Below, piece after piece: positions 29,189 through 39,317 of a stretch of DNA of 64,000 bases. Both the position numbers and the translations under genes were made by a program. The notes under the pieces were generated by a model that was not told where the DNA came from, did not search any database, and was given only the letters and a program-made list of their open reading frames with translations. The first letter of the stretch is position 1, and every line of letters starts with the position of its first letter. Source of the DNA: an uncultured Actinomycetota bacterium (lineage in GTDB: Bacteria > Actinomycetota > Actinomycetes > Propionibacteriales > Nocardioidaceae). The DNA is taken from NCBI GenBank assembly GCA_963845655.1, contig CAWJTB010000002.1, positions 498,970 to 562,969 on the forward strand, written 5' to 3'.

Positions 29189-30489
29189 CGGACCCCCTCC
29201 GCCCGCGTGACGGCCTCGACGGCCTCGGGGTCGAGCGAGAAGAGCTCGGCGAGAGCGGCGGCGTAGGACACCGCGCCGGTCTCGTTGGCCAGCTCCTTGA
29301 CCCGCACCGTCGGCTGGTGGAGCAGCTTGTCGGCGACCCGGCGGACGGCCTGCTCGACCTCGTGCCGGACGCTCGCGTCGAGGTCGGGCACCCGCGCCAG
29401 CAGCCGGTCGACCTCGGCCTCCACGATGCCGGTCGCCATCGTGCGCAGGGCGACGACCGTCGGGGTCACGGTCGCGGAGCGGCGGGCCGCGACGAACGCC
29501 GCGATCTCCTGGGCGACGACCTCGCGCACCGCGGAGACGTCGTGGGCGATCTCGCCCTCGTTGACCTCCTCGGCCAGCCGGGCCAGCCCGAAGAGGCTGA
29601 CGCCGGGCAGGTCGGCCACGCTCGGGTCGACGTCGTGCGGCAGCGCGAGGTCGACGATGGCGAGCGGCGCGGCTGCGTCGACGCGCGCGGCGGCGACGGT
29701 GGCGAGCGGCAGCACCACGCCGGTGGCGCCGGTGCAGGAGACGAGCACGTCGGTGTGCGCGAGCACCTCCTGCACCTGGGTGAGCGGGACCGCGCGCCCG
29801 TCGTACTGGACGGCGAGCCGGCGGGCGTGGGCCTCCGTGCGGCTGGCCACCACGATGTCGGCGGCGCCGAGCCGGCGCACGGTGGAGACGGCGAGGCCGG
29901 CCATCGCCCCGGCCCCGACGACCAGGACGCGCTTGCCCTCGACGGGACCGATGTCGGCGGCGACGCGGTCGAGCGCGAGGCTCAGCAACGACGGCGCGGC
30001 GCGGTCGATGTCGGTCTCGGCGTGCACGCGCTTGCCGACGCGCAGGGCCTGCTGGAACAGCACGTTGAGGGCGGGGCCGATGGTCCCGCTCTCCTGGCCG
30101 ACGCGCAGCGCCTCGCGGGCCTGGCCCAGGATCTGGCCCTCGCCCACGACCATCGAGTCGAGGCCCGAGGCGACGCCGAACAGGTGGGAGACGGCGCCGT
30201 CGTCGTAGTGGACGTACAGGTGGGGCACGACGTCCTCCGGGGTGCCGCCGTCGCGGTCGGCCAGGTCGCAGAGCAGCCGGGACACCGACTCGACGCTGCC
30301 GTGGAAGCGGTCGACCTCGGTGTAGATCTCCACCCGGTTGCAGGTCGCCAGCACGGTCGCCTCGAGCACGTGCTCGGCGTGCGAGACCTCCTGCACGAGC
30401 TTGTCGATGCCGGCGGCGTCGAGCGTGAGCCGCTCCAGCACGGACACCGGAGCGGTCTTGTGGGAGACCCCGACCACCAGGACGCTCAT
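29185..30489 (-). CDS. hemA: Glutamyl-tRNA reductase
   Basis: ATCNRVEIY, GLDSMVVGEGQILGQ, GAGAMA and KLLHQPT motifs. Confidence 0.96.
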   Translation of the reverse strand: MSVLVVGVSHKTAPVSVLERLTLDAAGIDKLVQEVSHAEHVLEATVLATCNRVEIYTEVDRFHGSVESVSRLLCDLADRDGGTPEDVVPHLYVHYDDGAVSHLFGVASGLDSMVVGEGQILGQAREALRVGQESGTIGPALNVLFQQALRVGKRVHAETDIDRAAPSLLSLALDRVAADIGPVEGKRVLVVGAGAMAGLAVSTVRRLGAADIVVASRTEAHARRLAVQYDGRAVPLTQVQEVLAHTDVLVSCTGATGVVLPLATVAAARVDAAAPLAIVDLALPHDVDPSVADLPGVSLFGLARLAEEVNEGEIAHDVSAVREVVAQEIAAFVAARRSATVTPTVVALRTMATGIVEAEVDRLLARVPDLDASVRHEVEQAVRRVADKLLHQPTVRVKELANETGAVSYAAALAELFSLDPEAVEAVTRAEGVR

Positions 30490-31235
30490 GCGCCCACCCC
30501 CGTGTCGATGCCGTCGAGCGCGGCCATTGCGTCGAGGCCGGCCAGCGACTTGCGCTGCTCGTGGTAGGCGAGGATCTGCAGCTCGATGGACAGGTCCACC
30601 TTGCGCACGTCCACCCCGTCGGGGACCTGCAGCACGGCCGGCGCGAAGTTGAGGATGCTCGTCACGCCGGAGGCGACGAGGCGGTCGCAGACGTCCTGCG
30701 CGGCGACGGCCGGGGTGGCGATGACGCCGATCGCGACGTCGTGCTCGGCAACGAGGGCCTCGATCTCCTCGAAGGGCCGGACGCCCAGCCCGCCGATGTC
30801 CGTGCCCTGACGCTCCGGGTCGGCGTCGAGCAGCGCGACCACCCGGAACCCGCGCGAGGAGAAGCCGCTGTAGTTGGCCAGGGCGTGGCCGAGGTTGCCG
30901 ATGCCGACGATGACGACCGGCCAGTCCTGGGTGACGCCGATCTCGCGGGCGATCTGGTAGCGGAGGTACTCCACGTCGTACCCGACGCCGCGGGTGCCGT
31001 AGGAGCCGAGGTAGGACAGGTCCTTGCGGAGCTTGGCGCTGTTGACGCCGGCCGCGGTGGCGAGCTCCTCGCTGGAGCAGGTGGCGGTGCTGCCCTCGGA
31101 CAGGCCGGTCAGCGCGCGCAGGTAGACGGGGAGCCGGGCGACGGTGGCCTCGGGGATGCCGCGCTCGGAGACCTTCGCGCGCGCGGTCTCCGCGGGCGAG
31201 CCTCCGGTGGCGCGACTGCTCCGTGGCGAGGTCAC
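30486..31235 (-). CDS. rex: Redox-sensing transcriptional repressor Rex
   Basis: IPEATVARLPVYLR, LRKDLSYLGSYGTRGVGY, GIGNLGHAL and ILNFAP motifs; GTG start behind AGGAG. Confidence 0.96.
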   Translation of the reverse strand: MTSPRSSRATGGSPAETARAKVSERGIPEATVARLPVYLRALTGLSEGSTATCSSEELATAAGVNSAKLRKDLSYLGSYGTRGVGYDVEYLRYQIAREIGVTQDWPVVIVGIGNLGHALANYSGFSSRGFRVVALLDADPERQGTDIGGLGVRPFEEIEALVAEHDVAIGVIATPAVAAQDVCDRLVASGVTSILNFAPAVLQVPDGVDVRKVDLSIELQILAYHEQRKSLAGLDAMAALDGIDTGVGA

Positions 31236-31436
31236 AGCGCTCCTGACATCTTCTGGCGGCGACTCGCGACTCTGCACGGCGTCACCGGGGCAGCGGCCCC
31301 GGGGCGTCGTGAGCGACGCGACTTCTCGGCTGTCGACTCACGTGGGACACGTAGGAGGAGCGAGGCCCGAACGGTCTGACACCCGGTCCGAGCGGCTCCG
31401 GCGACCCCTCGGGGCCGGCAGCGATGTCACTCTAGG

Positions 31437-31460
31437 AGTTTGTGAACGCGAGAACAAACT
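31437..31460. promoter_or_regulatory. Rex operator at the rex-hem promoter (autoregulation)
   Basis: AGTTTGTGAACGCGAGAACAAACT imperfect palindrome with TTGTGAA left half; minus-strand -10 TAGAGT at 31429-31434. Confidence 0.7.
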
Positions 31461-31576
31461 GAGCGGTACCCGGCCTTACCACACGGTGACGTCTCTCACG
31501 CCAGGACCCTGCTCGCCCGCACGATTCGTCTGCGTCTGTCCCGTGGCCGCGACCTGCCCGATCGCAGACGAATCGG

Positions 31577-31822
31577 TCAGGAGAGCGCCGCCCGCAGCCG
31601 CTCGGCGTCCACCCGCCAGAAGTCGTGCTGCGCGCCGTCGACGAAGGTCACCGGGATCTCCTCGCCGAAGGCGGCCATCAGCCGCTCCGCCTCCGGGCCG
31701 GCGGTGATGTCGACCTCGTCGAAGGACTCCCCGAGGTCGGCGCAGACCTGCTGCACCACGACCCGCGCCTGCTCGCACAGGTGGCAGCCCGGCTTGGAGT
31801 AGAGAGTGACGCGCGCACTCAC
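31577..31822 (-). CDS. Glutaredoxin-like protein (DUF836)
   Basis: VSARVTLYSKPGCHLCE...EIPVTFVDG...FWRVD. Confidence 0.88.
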   Translation of the reverse strand: MSARVTLYSKPGCHLCEQARVVVQQVCADLGESFDEVDITAGPEAERLMAAFGEEIPVTFVDGAQHDFWRVDAERLRAALS

Positions 31823-33416
31823 TCCAGCAGCCCCATCGACCGACGCCGGCTCGCGGCCCGCAGGCGGCCCTTGGCGACCTTGCCGGTGGCCGTGTGCGGC
31901 AGCTCGTCGACCACGTGCACCTGGGTGGGCTGCTTGAAGCGTGCCAGCCGGGTGGCGCAGTGCTCGCGCACCTGCGCCTCGATCTCGCCCGCGTCGTACG
32001 ACGACCCCGCCCGTGGCTTGACGAACACGACGACCGCCTCGCCGGTCGCGGGCGTCCTCGACGCCGATGACCGCGGCCTCCGCCACCGCCTCGACCTCGG
32101 CGACCACCTCCTCGACCTCCACCGGGTAGACGTTGAAGCCGGAGACGATCACGAGCTCCTTGAGCCGGTCCACCAGGAACAGGTCCCCGTCGCGGTCGAG
32201 GAAGCCGACGTCACCGGTGGCCCACCAGCCCTCCGCGTCGGGACCGTTCGTCGCCGTCGGGCCAGTAGCCGGAGAAGAGGTTGGCGCCACGCACCCAGAT
32301 CTCGCCGGGGTCGTCGCCCTCCGGGGCGTGGCCGCGGTCGTCGACCAGGCGCAGCTCGATCCCGGGCAGCGCACCGCCCACCGACCCGCGCTTGGGATGC
32401 TCGCTGCGTAGCGTCGTGGTCACCACCGGCGCGGCCTCGGTCAGTCCGTAGCCCTGGTGCACCTCGATGCCGGTGCGGCTCGTGAAGTCGTCGACCAGCT
32501 CGCGCGAGAGCGGCGCGGACCCGGAGAGGACCAGCCGGACACCGGACAGCCTCTCCTTGAGATCGTGCACCGCCTGCCAGTAGGCGAACACCGGCGGCGC
32601 GACCGGGAGCACGCTGACGGCCTCGTCCTCGACCAGCGACAGCGTCGACTCGATGTCGAAGACGTCCTCCAGCACCAGCCGGGCCTGCTGACGCAGCGCC
32701 TGACCGAGCACTGCGTTGAGACCGTAGACGTGGAACAGCGGCAGCACGCCCAGGATCACGTCGTCGCCGCGCAGCATCGCCGGCTCGACCGACGCGGTCT
32801 GCTCGACGTTGGCCAGCAGCGCCCGGTGGGTCAGCATCGCCGCGCGCGGTCGCCCGGACGTGCCGCTGGTGTAGAGCAGCACCGCGAGCCGCTCCGGGTC
32901 GGGGCTCGGCGGCGCGTCCGTGCCCGAGGACGCCACCAGGTCGTCGTACGACGTCTCGCCGGGGACCGGAGTCGCGCCGACCACGACGATCCGCGGCACC
33001 ACGGAACGTCGGCGCAGCTCGTCGTCGGCGGACTCCAGCGCGTCGTGGAGCCCGGAGACCGCCTGTCGCGCCGACGTGACCGTGGCGCGGTCGGCGACCA
33101 CGACCCGAGCGCCGGAGTCGGCGATCAGCCGGACCAGCTCCCCGGTGGCCGAGCGCGGGTTGACCGGGACGGCGACCAGGCCGGCGCGGAGGGCCCCGAG
33201 GTAGGAGGTCACGAACTCGACGCGGTTGCCCAGCACGATCAGGACCCGGTAGCCGGCGACCAGGCCCAGGGTGTTGAGGCCGCGCGCGACGCGGTCGACC
33301 TCGGCGTCCAGCTCGCTCCAGGTCACACGGCGACCGGTTCCACCCTCGACCAGCGCGATCCGCTCACCGGCCTCGGCGGCGGCGCGCGACAGGAGCTCGG
33401 CGAGGTGCGCGGTCAC
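31819..33416 (-). CDS. Long-chain acyl-CoA ligase / AMP-binding enzyme (frameshifts near 32250 and 32050)
   Basis: LYTSGTSGRPR and QGYGLTEA, then TGDVG...DRLKELVIVSGFNVYP and LPHTATGKV in shifted frames. Confidence 0.85.
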
Positions 33417-33513
33417 GCGGTGAGTCTGACACAGTGCGCGGGCCGGTCCGGCGACGGCGATCCCCCCTTTGCAGGGGTCCCGGACCCGGTCTCCGCCCAC
33501 TAGGGTTGCCCAG

Positions 33514-34407
33514 GTGAACGCCCGGCGCCTGACTCGCAGCACGCCGCAGCGCCCGGATCTCCGCAGCCGGTCCACGCTCGCCGGAGAGGCGTCCGCCGCG
33601 GTCGCCGAGGTCGAGTCGTCGCTGGCCACACCCCCCGACCCGCACGTCGCCGCCTTCTTCGACGTCGACAACACCGTCATGCAGGGGGCCTCGATCTTCC
33701 ACCTGGCGCGGGGGCTGCACCGGCGGGAGTTCTTCACCACCCGCGACATCCTCGGCGCGGCCTGGAAGCAGGCCTACTTCCGGCTGGTCGGCGTCGAGGA
33801 CCCCGAGCACGTCGCGGAGGCGCGGGCCTCCGCCCTGGCGTTCATCGCCGGTCACCGGGTCAGCGAGCTGGAGGCGCTCGGTGAGGAGATCTTCGACGAG
33901 GCGATGGCCCACCGGATCTGGCCGGGCACCCGCGCACTCGCGCAGATGCACCTCGATCAGGGCCAGCGGGTCTGGCTGGTCACCGCTGCGCCGATCGAGA
34001 TCGCCTCGATCATCGCCCGGCGGCTCGGGCTCAGCGGCGCCCTCGGGACGGTGTCCGAGCACGTCGACGGCGTCTACACCGGGCGCCTGGTCGGCGACCT
34101 GCTGCACGGGCCGGCCAAGGGCGTGGCGATCTCGGCCCTGGCCGAGCGCGAGGGACTCGACCTGTCCCGCTGCGCGGCCTACTCCGACTCCTACAACGAC
34201 CTGCCGATGCTGAGCCTGGTCGGCGACCCCTGCGTGATCAACCCGGACGCCAAGCTGCGCGACCACGCCCGGGCGGCGGGTTGGCGGATCCGCGACTACC
34301 GCACCGGGCGCAAGGCGGCCCGCGCCGGCCTGGTCACCGCCGGTCTCGCCGGAGCGGTCACCGGCAGCGTCGCCGCAGGCGTCGCGCTCCGGCGCAAGGT
34401 CCGCTGA
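33514..34407 (+). CDS. HAD-IB family hydrolase
   Basis: AFFDVDNT, LHGPAK, AYSDSYNDLPML and INPD motifs. Confidence 0.9.
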   Translation: MNARRLTRSTPQRPDLRSRSTLAGEASAAVAEVESSLATPPDPHVAAFFDVDNTVMQGASIFHLARGLHRREFFTTRDILGAAWKQAYFRLVGVEDPEHVAEARASALAFIAGHRVSELEALGEEIFDEAMAHRIWPGTRALAQMHLDQGQRVWLVTAAPIEIASIIARRLGLSGALGTVSEHVDGVYTGRLVGDLLHGPAKGVAISALAEREGLDLSRCAAYSDSYNDLPMLSLVGDPCVINPDAKLRDHARAAGWRIRDYRTGRKAARAGLVTAGLAGAVTGSVAAGVALRRKVR

Positions 34408-34648
34408 GCGCCGCGCCGGCGCGGAAAGTCGGTGTGGATCCCCCGCCGCAGGTTTCGCCCCTGCCCGACGGGTCATCATCGATGTGAGCCGGCCCACAGC
34501 GCGCGGTGTACATCGGAGTTACTCTCCAGTTCACAACGCGGGTGACCGCGCTTACCCTGGACAGGTCGACCGGGTCCGCACGGCCCCGGCGAGAGTCCGG
34601 GCGAGGCAGACCCGGATCCGTCGACAGCGAGCGCCGGGAGGGAGTTCG

Positions 34649-35431
34649 ATGTTTTCGAGCGAGGCCGAGTTCCGCCGCGGTTGGGACCACCTGCGGCACG
34701 CGCTCTGGTGCGCCCTCGCGCCGGTGCCCGCCGGCTCCGGCCTGTCCACGTCGGCCGGCTCGCCCGGTTGGCTGCTGAGCGAGGCGGTCGGTCTCGAGCC
34801 ACGCGTCGGCACCGGGGGCCCGCTCGGTCGACCCGACGGATCCGACCACGACCTGGCCACCTCCTCGGAGGTCGACGAGGCCGTGGCGACCCGCCTGATC
34901 GCTCTCGTGGAACTCGCCCGCGGCGGCGACAGCGAGGCCTTCGGGATGCTCTACGACCACTACCACGTGGCGGTCTACCGGTTCATCTACTACCGGGTCG
35001 GCAGCGTCGCGCTGGCCGAGGACATCACCTCCGAGACCTTCTTCCGGGCGTTGCGCAGCATGGGGTCGTTCCGCTGGCAGGGCAAGGACTTCGGAGCCTG
35101 GCTGATGACGATCGCCCGCAACCTCACCACCGACCACTTCAAGGCCGGTCGCACCCGCCTGGAGTACGCCACCGAGGACATGACCCCGCACGACGGCGCC
35201 ACCGAGGGGCCGGAGACCTCGGTGCTGGCCTCCCTCACCAACCAGGCGCTGCTGCAGGCCCTGACCGAGCTGCCCCACGAGCAGCAGGAGTGCCTGATCA
35301 TGCGGTTCCTCCAGGGCCTCTCGATCGCGGAGACCGCTCAGGTGTTGGGGCGCACCGACGGCGCCGTCAAGCAGCTCCAGCTGCGCGGCGTCCGCAATCT
35401 GGCCAAGCTGCTCCCGGACGGTCTGCGGTGA
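34649..35431 (+). CDS. ECF RNA polymerase sigma factor, BldN/AdsA-like
   Basis: GDSEAFGMLYDHY...YYRVG..LAEDITSETFFRALR...FRWQGKDFGAWLMTIARNL...RFLQGLSIAETA; N-terminal extension; HAD/sigma/anti-sigma synteny as in Streptomyces bldN. Confidence 0.85.
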   Translation: MFSSEAEFRRGWDHLRHALWCALAPVPAGSGLSTSAGSPGWLLSEAVGLEPRVGTGGPLGRPDGSDHDLATSSEVDEAVATRLIALVELARGGDSEAFGMLYDHYHVAVYRFIYYRVGSVALAEDITSETFFRALRSMGSFRWQGKDFGAWLMTIARNLTTDHFKAGRTRLEYATEDMTPHDGATEGPETSVLASLTNQALLQALTELPHEQQECLIMRFLQGLSIAETAQVLGRTDGAVKQLQLRGVRNLAKLLPDGLR

Positions 35432-35513
35432 GCCCCGCTGCCGCCCGCCGTACGTCGCGGAGGGCGAGCGCTCACATAGGCGGTCTCGGTGGCGGGTCGC
35501 ACGGCCTCGGGAC

Positions 35514-35542
35514 CGTAACCTCCCGCGCCTGTGGGTCGTTGA
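35514..35542 (+). promoter_or_regulatory. Sigma-BldN-type promoter of the anti-sigma gene
   Basis: CGTAAC-N17-CGTTGA, 61 bp before the ATG at 35604. Confidence 0.65.
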
Positions 35543-35603
35543 GCGTGCTGAGAGACCCGGACCTCCCCGGATCCCGCCGGCGCCCCCACGAAGGACCCTC
35601 GCG

Positions 35604-36807
35604 ATGACGCACCCTGTTCCGCTCACGGCACGACGCCGAGGAGCTCGCCGCACGCATCGACGCGACCCCGCGCGTGCGTGTCGTGACGGAGCAGTCCGAC
35701 GCTCGGCTCGAGCACCTCGTCGGGGTCGCCCAGTCGCTGCGGTCCGCGGCCGATTCGCCCGAGGTGGGCGCCCTCGCCACGCCGCGCGCCGACTTCGCCG
35801 CCGCGCTGCGCGAGCAGCTGATGACCCAGGCCCCGCTGATCCTCACCCCGGCGACCACGTCGTTGATGCTGCCGACCCGGCAGCGCGGTCGCCGCGAGCG
35901 CCAGCTGGTCGCCGCAGCCACCGCGGCCGTGCTCCTCGGCGGCACCGCGAGCGTCGCCGCGGCCGCCCAGAGCGCACTGCCGGGCGAGGCGCTCTACCCG
36001 ATCAAGCGGGCCATCGAGCAGGCGGATGTGCGGCTCTCCGGCGACAGTGCCGACCAGGGCGCCGACCTCCTCGGTCACGCCAGCGGGCGGCTCGACGAGG
36101 TCTCGGGGCTGCTCGCCCAGGACGACGCCACCAGCACCCCGCGCATCGCCGGCACGCTCGCCGACTTCGACGCCGCGGCCCGCGAGGGCGCCGACCTGCT
36201 GATGGCTGCCTACGCCGCCGACCAGGACGAGCGGTCGATCGCCACGGTCCGGTCCTTCGCCGCCTCGGGTCTCACCGTCGTCCAACGACTCTCGGCCGCC
36301 GCGCCGGACGGGTCCCAGGACCAGCTCCGCGAGGCCGCGCTGATGCTGCGTGAGATCGACCAGCAGGCCGCCGACGTCTGCCCCACCTGCTCGGACCTGC
36401 CTGCCTTGGAGCTCCCGTCGATGCTGCTCGTCTCTGCCGACGTGCAGCGGGCCATGGAGCTCCTCGACGGCACCCGTCTCGACAACAGCCACCCGGTGGT
36501 CGTGGCCAAGACCGACGTCCGACGCGCATCAGGGGCCACCGAGGGACGCCGCGCCTCCGACGATGCGCCGGCGGACGCGACTGACGCAGGCCCCGTCGCC
36601 GCAGCGGGCCCCCAGAAGCCGACGGCGTCACGCTCGACCGCTCCGTCCCTGCCGAAGCCCTCCGCGAAGGTCGCCCCGAAGCTCGTCACGAAGGTCGACA
36701 GCGACCCGCTCAAGGCCGGGTCCGCGCTGACCGGTCAGGGCGGTCTCGGCGACGCGTCGCAGACCCTGCTTCCCGACGCCGACGTCATCACCGACCTGCT
36801 TCCCTGA
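35604..36807 (+). CDS. RsbN-like membrane anti-sigma factor (DUF5667), probable frameshift near 35613
   Basis: PRADFAAALREQL, a TM helix and ALPGEALYPIKRAIE; removing one C from ACCCTG joins ATG 35604 to ORF 35674..36807. Confidence 0.75.
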
Positions 36808-36858
36808 CCAGCCTCCCGCGCACGGATCCCCGCTGACCAGTCGGCGGCGCGAGACGCT

Positions 36859-38046
36859 TCAGGAGAAGACTGATCGGCGCTGCATCAGCAGGGTGTAGAG
36901 CGTCTGCTGCACGGTCTCGCGGACCTGGTCGGTCACGTTGAAGACCAGCATCGGGTCGTCGGCCGCACCCTCGTCGTAGGAGTCGGTGCGGATCGGCTCG
37001 CCGAACTCGATCAGCCACTTGGACGGCAGCGGCACCAGTCCGAGCGGACCCAGCAGCGGGAACAGCGGCGTGATCGGGATGTAGGGCACTCCGAGCAGGC
37101 GCGCCAGGGAGGGCACGTTGCCCACCAGGGGGTAGATCTCCTCGGCGCCGACGACCGAGCACGGCACGATCGGCACCCCGGTGCGGATCGCGGCCGACAC
37201 GAAGCCGCCGCGCCCGAAGCGCTGCAGCTTGTACCGCTCGGAGTAGGGCTTCCCGATCCCCTTGAAGCCCTCGGGCCAGACACCCACGAGCTCGCCTCCG
37301 CTGAGCATCCGCTGCGCATCCTCGGTGCAGGCCAGCGTCGCCCCGCCCTTGCGGGCCAGCCCTCCGACGAACGGCAGCCGGAAGACCAGGTCGGCGCCCA
37401 GAGGTCGTAGGTGGCGCCCGGTCGTGTCGCGGATCGACACCATGGTCATCAGGCCGTCGAGGGGGATGGTGCCGGAGTGGTTGGACACGACGAGCGCGCC
37501 CCCCTCGGCGGGGATGTTCTCGGCCCCGCGCACCTCGACCCGGAACCACTTCTCCTTGATCGGGCGGATCGCGGCGAGCATGAACCGCTCGGTCACCTCG
37601 CTGTCGAAGCCGAACTCGTCGACCTCGAACTCTCCGGTCACCCGGCGACGCAGGAAGGCGAGGAACTCAGCGAGACGCTGCTCCCAGCGGTCGCCGAAGA
37701 CCTCCACCGCGGCCTGGGTGAACGCCGCGAGCCAGTCGCCGACCGGGATGCCTTCGGACGGCTCCCGCTCGGAGACCCGCTCGACGGCGGGTGCCGCGAC
37801 CGATGCGGCCTCGGGCGCCGCCCCTGGCTCCGGTCGGGTCACGGACTCGCCGGGGGCCGGCTGGCCCGCGTCCGCGTCCGCACCCACCTCCGGGGAGGGG
37901 GGAGGGGCCGGACGCGGCGTCGGCCTGCGGCGCGGTGCGGAAGCGCCGCCGGCCAGGGTGCGCGCCGCCGACGAGGGCTTGCTGCTACCCGATCCGCGAC
38001 CGGGTCGTCCGCGCGTGCCCAGCGGGATCACCTCGGCGTCACCCAT
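36859..38046 (-). CDS. Lysophospholipid acyltransferase family protein
   Basis: VDEFGFD, VSNHSGTIPLDG, WPEGFKG and RFGRGGF motifs. Confidence 0.9.
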   Translation of the reverse strand: MGDAEVIPLGTRGRPGRGSGSSKPSSAARTLAGGASAPRRRPTPRPAPPPSPEVGADADAGQPAPGESVTRPEPGAAPEAASVAAPAVERVSEREPSEGIPVGDWLAAFTQAAVEVFGDRWEQRLAEFLAFLRRRVTGEFEVDEFGFDSEVTERFMLAAIRPIKEKWFRVEVRGAENIPAEGGALVVSNHSGTIPLDGLMTMVSIRDTTGRHLRPLGADLVFRLPFVGGLARKGGATLACTEDAQRMLSGGELVGVWPEGFKGIGKPYSERYKLQRFGRGGFVSAAIRTGVPIVPCSVVGAEEIYPLVGNVPSLARLLGVPYIPITPLFPLLGPLGLVPLPSKWLIEFGEPIRTDSYDEGAADDPMLVFNVTDQVRETVQQTLYTLLMQRRSVFS

Positions 38047-39079
38047 GGCCACCTCCGTCGACGGACGCCTCCGCACCCACCGGGAGCGGGGAGGCGGGCC
38101 GACCGGCGGAGGGAAGGTGCGGCAGCATTCCGGGTGCCACCGAGCGACCGAAGTCGGCGAAGGCCGAGGCCGTCGTGTAGCGGGGCTCGAAGCCGAGGAC
38201 GCTGCGCATCCGCGTGGTGTCGAGTCCGCGTCCGAAGGTGAGCAGCCCGGCGAGCTCGGTCTGGAGGCTGCGCAGGCCGGGCTGCCGCGACAGCGACCCG
38301 AGCGAGCCCAGCGCCAGCGCCGGCAACGGCACCGACGGCCGACCCAGCCGCCGCAGCGCCTGGGAGAGCATCAAGACGCCGTCCCCGGCGACGTTGAACG
38401 TGCCCTGCACGCCGCCCAGGGTGGCGTGGTGCAGGACGCCGAGCAGGTCGCTCTCGTGCAGGAACTGCAGCCGGGCGTCGAACCCCAGGACGGTCGGGGC
38501 CACCGGGAGCCGGAAGTACGCCGACAGCGGCGTGTCCACGTCCGGGCCGATCGTGCTGGCGTGCCGGAGCAACGTGACCGCGACGTCGGGACGACGGCGG
38601 GTGAAGCCGCGGACGTAGCCCTCGACCTCGAGGACGTCCTTGGCGTAGCCGGAGCGAGGCTGTGCCTTGGCCCCCATGTCCTCGGTGAACATCGCGGGGT
38701 CCCGGCTCGACGACCCGTAGACCGCGGCGGAGGACTTCACCACCAGCCGCTCGAGCCCGGCGGCCTTCTGGCACGCCGCGAGCAGCTGCATGGTGCCGAT
38801 GACGTTGTGCTCCTTGGTCGTGGAGCGACCACCGCCGGCTCCCGAGGCGGCCTCGACGCTGAGGTGCACGACCGTGTCGACGTCCTGGCCGGTGATCACC
38901 TTGGCGATCACCGGGTTGCGGATGTCGGCGCGCACGAAGGAGACGGAGCCGAGGTCGCCGCGCGGAGGCACGGCGTCGACGCCGATGACCCGGTCGACGG
39001 TCGGGTCGGTCGCGATCCGGCGCGCGAACCTGCTCCCGACGTCCCTCGAGACGCCGGTGACAAGGACGACACGCCCCAC
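38039..39079 (-). CDS. NAD-dependent epimerase/dehydratase family protein
   Basis: VLVTGVS, RADIRNP, NVIGTMQLLAAC, KSSAAVYG and FDARLQFLHE motifs. Confidence 0.88.
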   Translation of the reverse strand: MGRVVLVTGVSRDVGSRFARRIATDPTVDRVIGVDAVPPRGDLGSVSFVRADIRNPVIAKVITGQDVDTVVHLSVEAASGAGGGRSTTKEHNVIGTMQLLAACQKAAGLERLVVKSSAAVYGSSSRDPAMFTEDMGAKAQPRSGYAKDVLEVEGYVRGFTRRRPDVAVTLLRHASTIGPDVDTPLSAYFRLPVAPTVLGFDARLQFLHESDLLGVLHHATLGGVQGTFNVAGDGVLMLSQALRRLGRPSVPLPALALGSLGSLSRQPGLRSLQTELAGLLTFGRGLDTTRMRSVLGFEPRYTTASAFADFGRSVAPGMLPHLPSAGRPASPLPVGAEASVDGGGHG

Positions 39080-39215
39080 GCTGACCCCCTGGACCCTCGG
39101 CGGGCACTCTGGACCCGCTCCGACCTGACTGCCGCACGTCACGACGAGCACTGCCCGGCGAGACGCGCTGCCGGCGCCCGAGGTCGGACGACGCGGCACC
39201 TGCCGGGCGCTGAGG

Positions 39216-39317
39216 CTACTTGCCCTGGCGACGACGCTGGATGCGCGTCTTCTTCAGCAGCTTGCGGTGCTTCTTCTTGGCCATACGCTTGCGGCGCTTC
39301 TTGACAACCGAACCCAC
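39216..39317 (-). CDS. 30S ribosomal protein bS22 (33 aa; too short for the ORF track)
   Basis: Manual translation [33 protein letters not shown]; GGAAGG RBS upstream. Confidence 0.93.
   Translation of the reverse strand: MGSVVKKRRKRMAKKKHRKLLKKTRIQRRRQGK

Noticed and set aside
31577-32374. Acyl-CoA ligase-glutaredoxin fusion
   Set aside because: Artefact of frameshifts in the ligase 3' end; the glutaredoxin has its own GTG overlapping the ligase stop.
34519-34546. BldD box upstream of the bldN-like gene
   Set aside because: TCAC-N7-GTGA and TTAC half-sites are present but the spacing does not fit the TNAC-N5-GTNA consensus; too weak to call.
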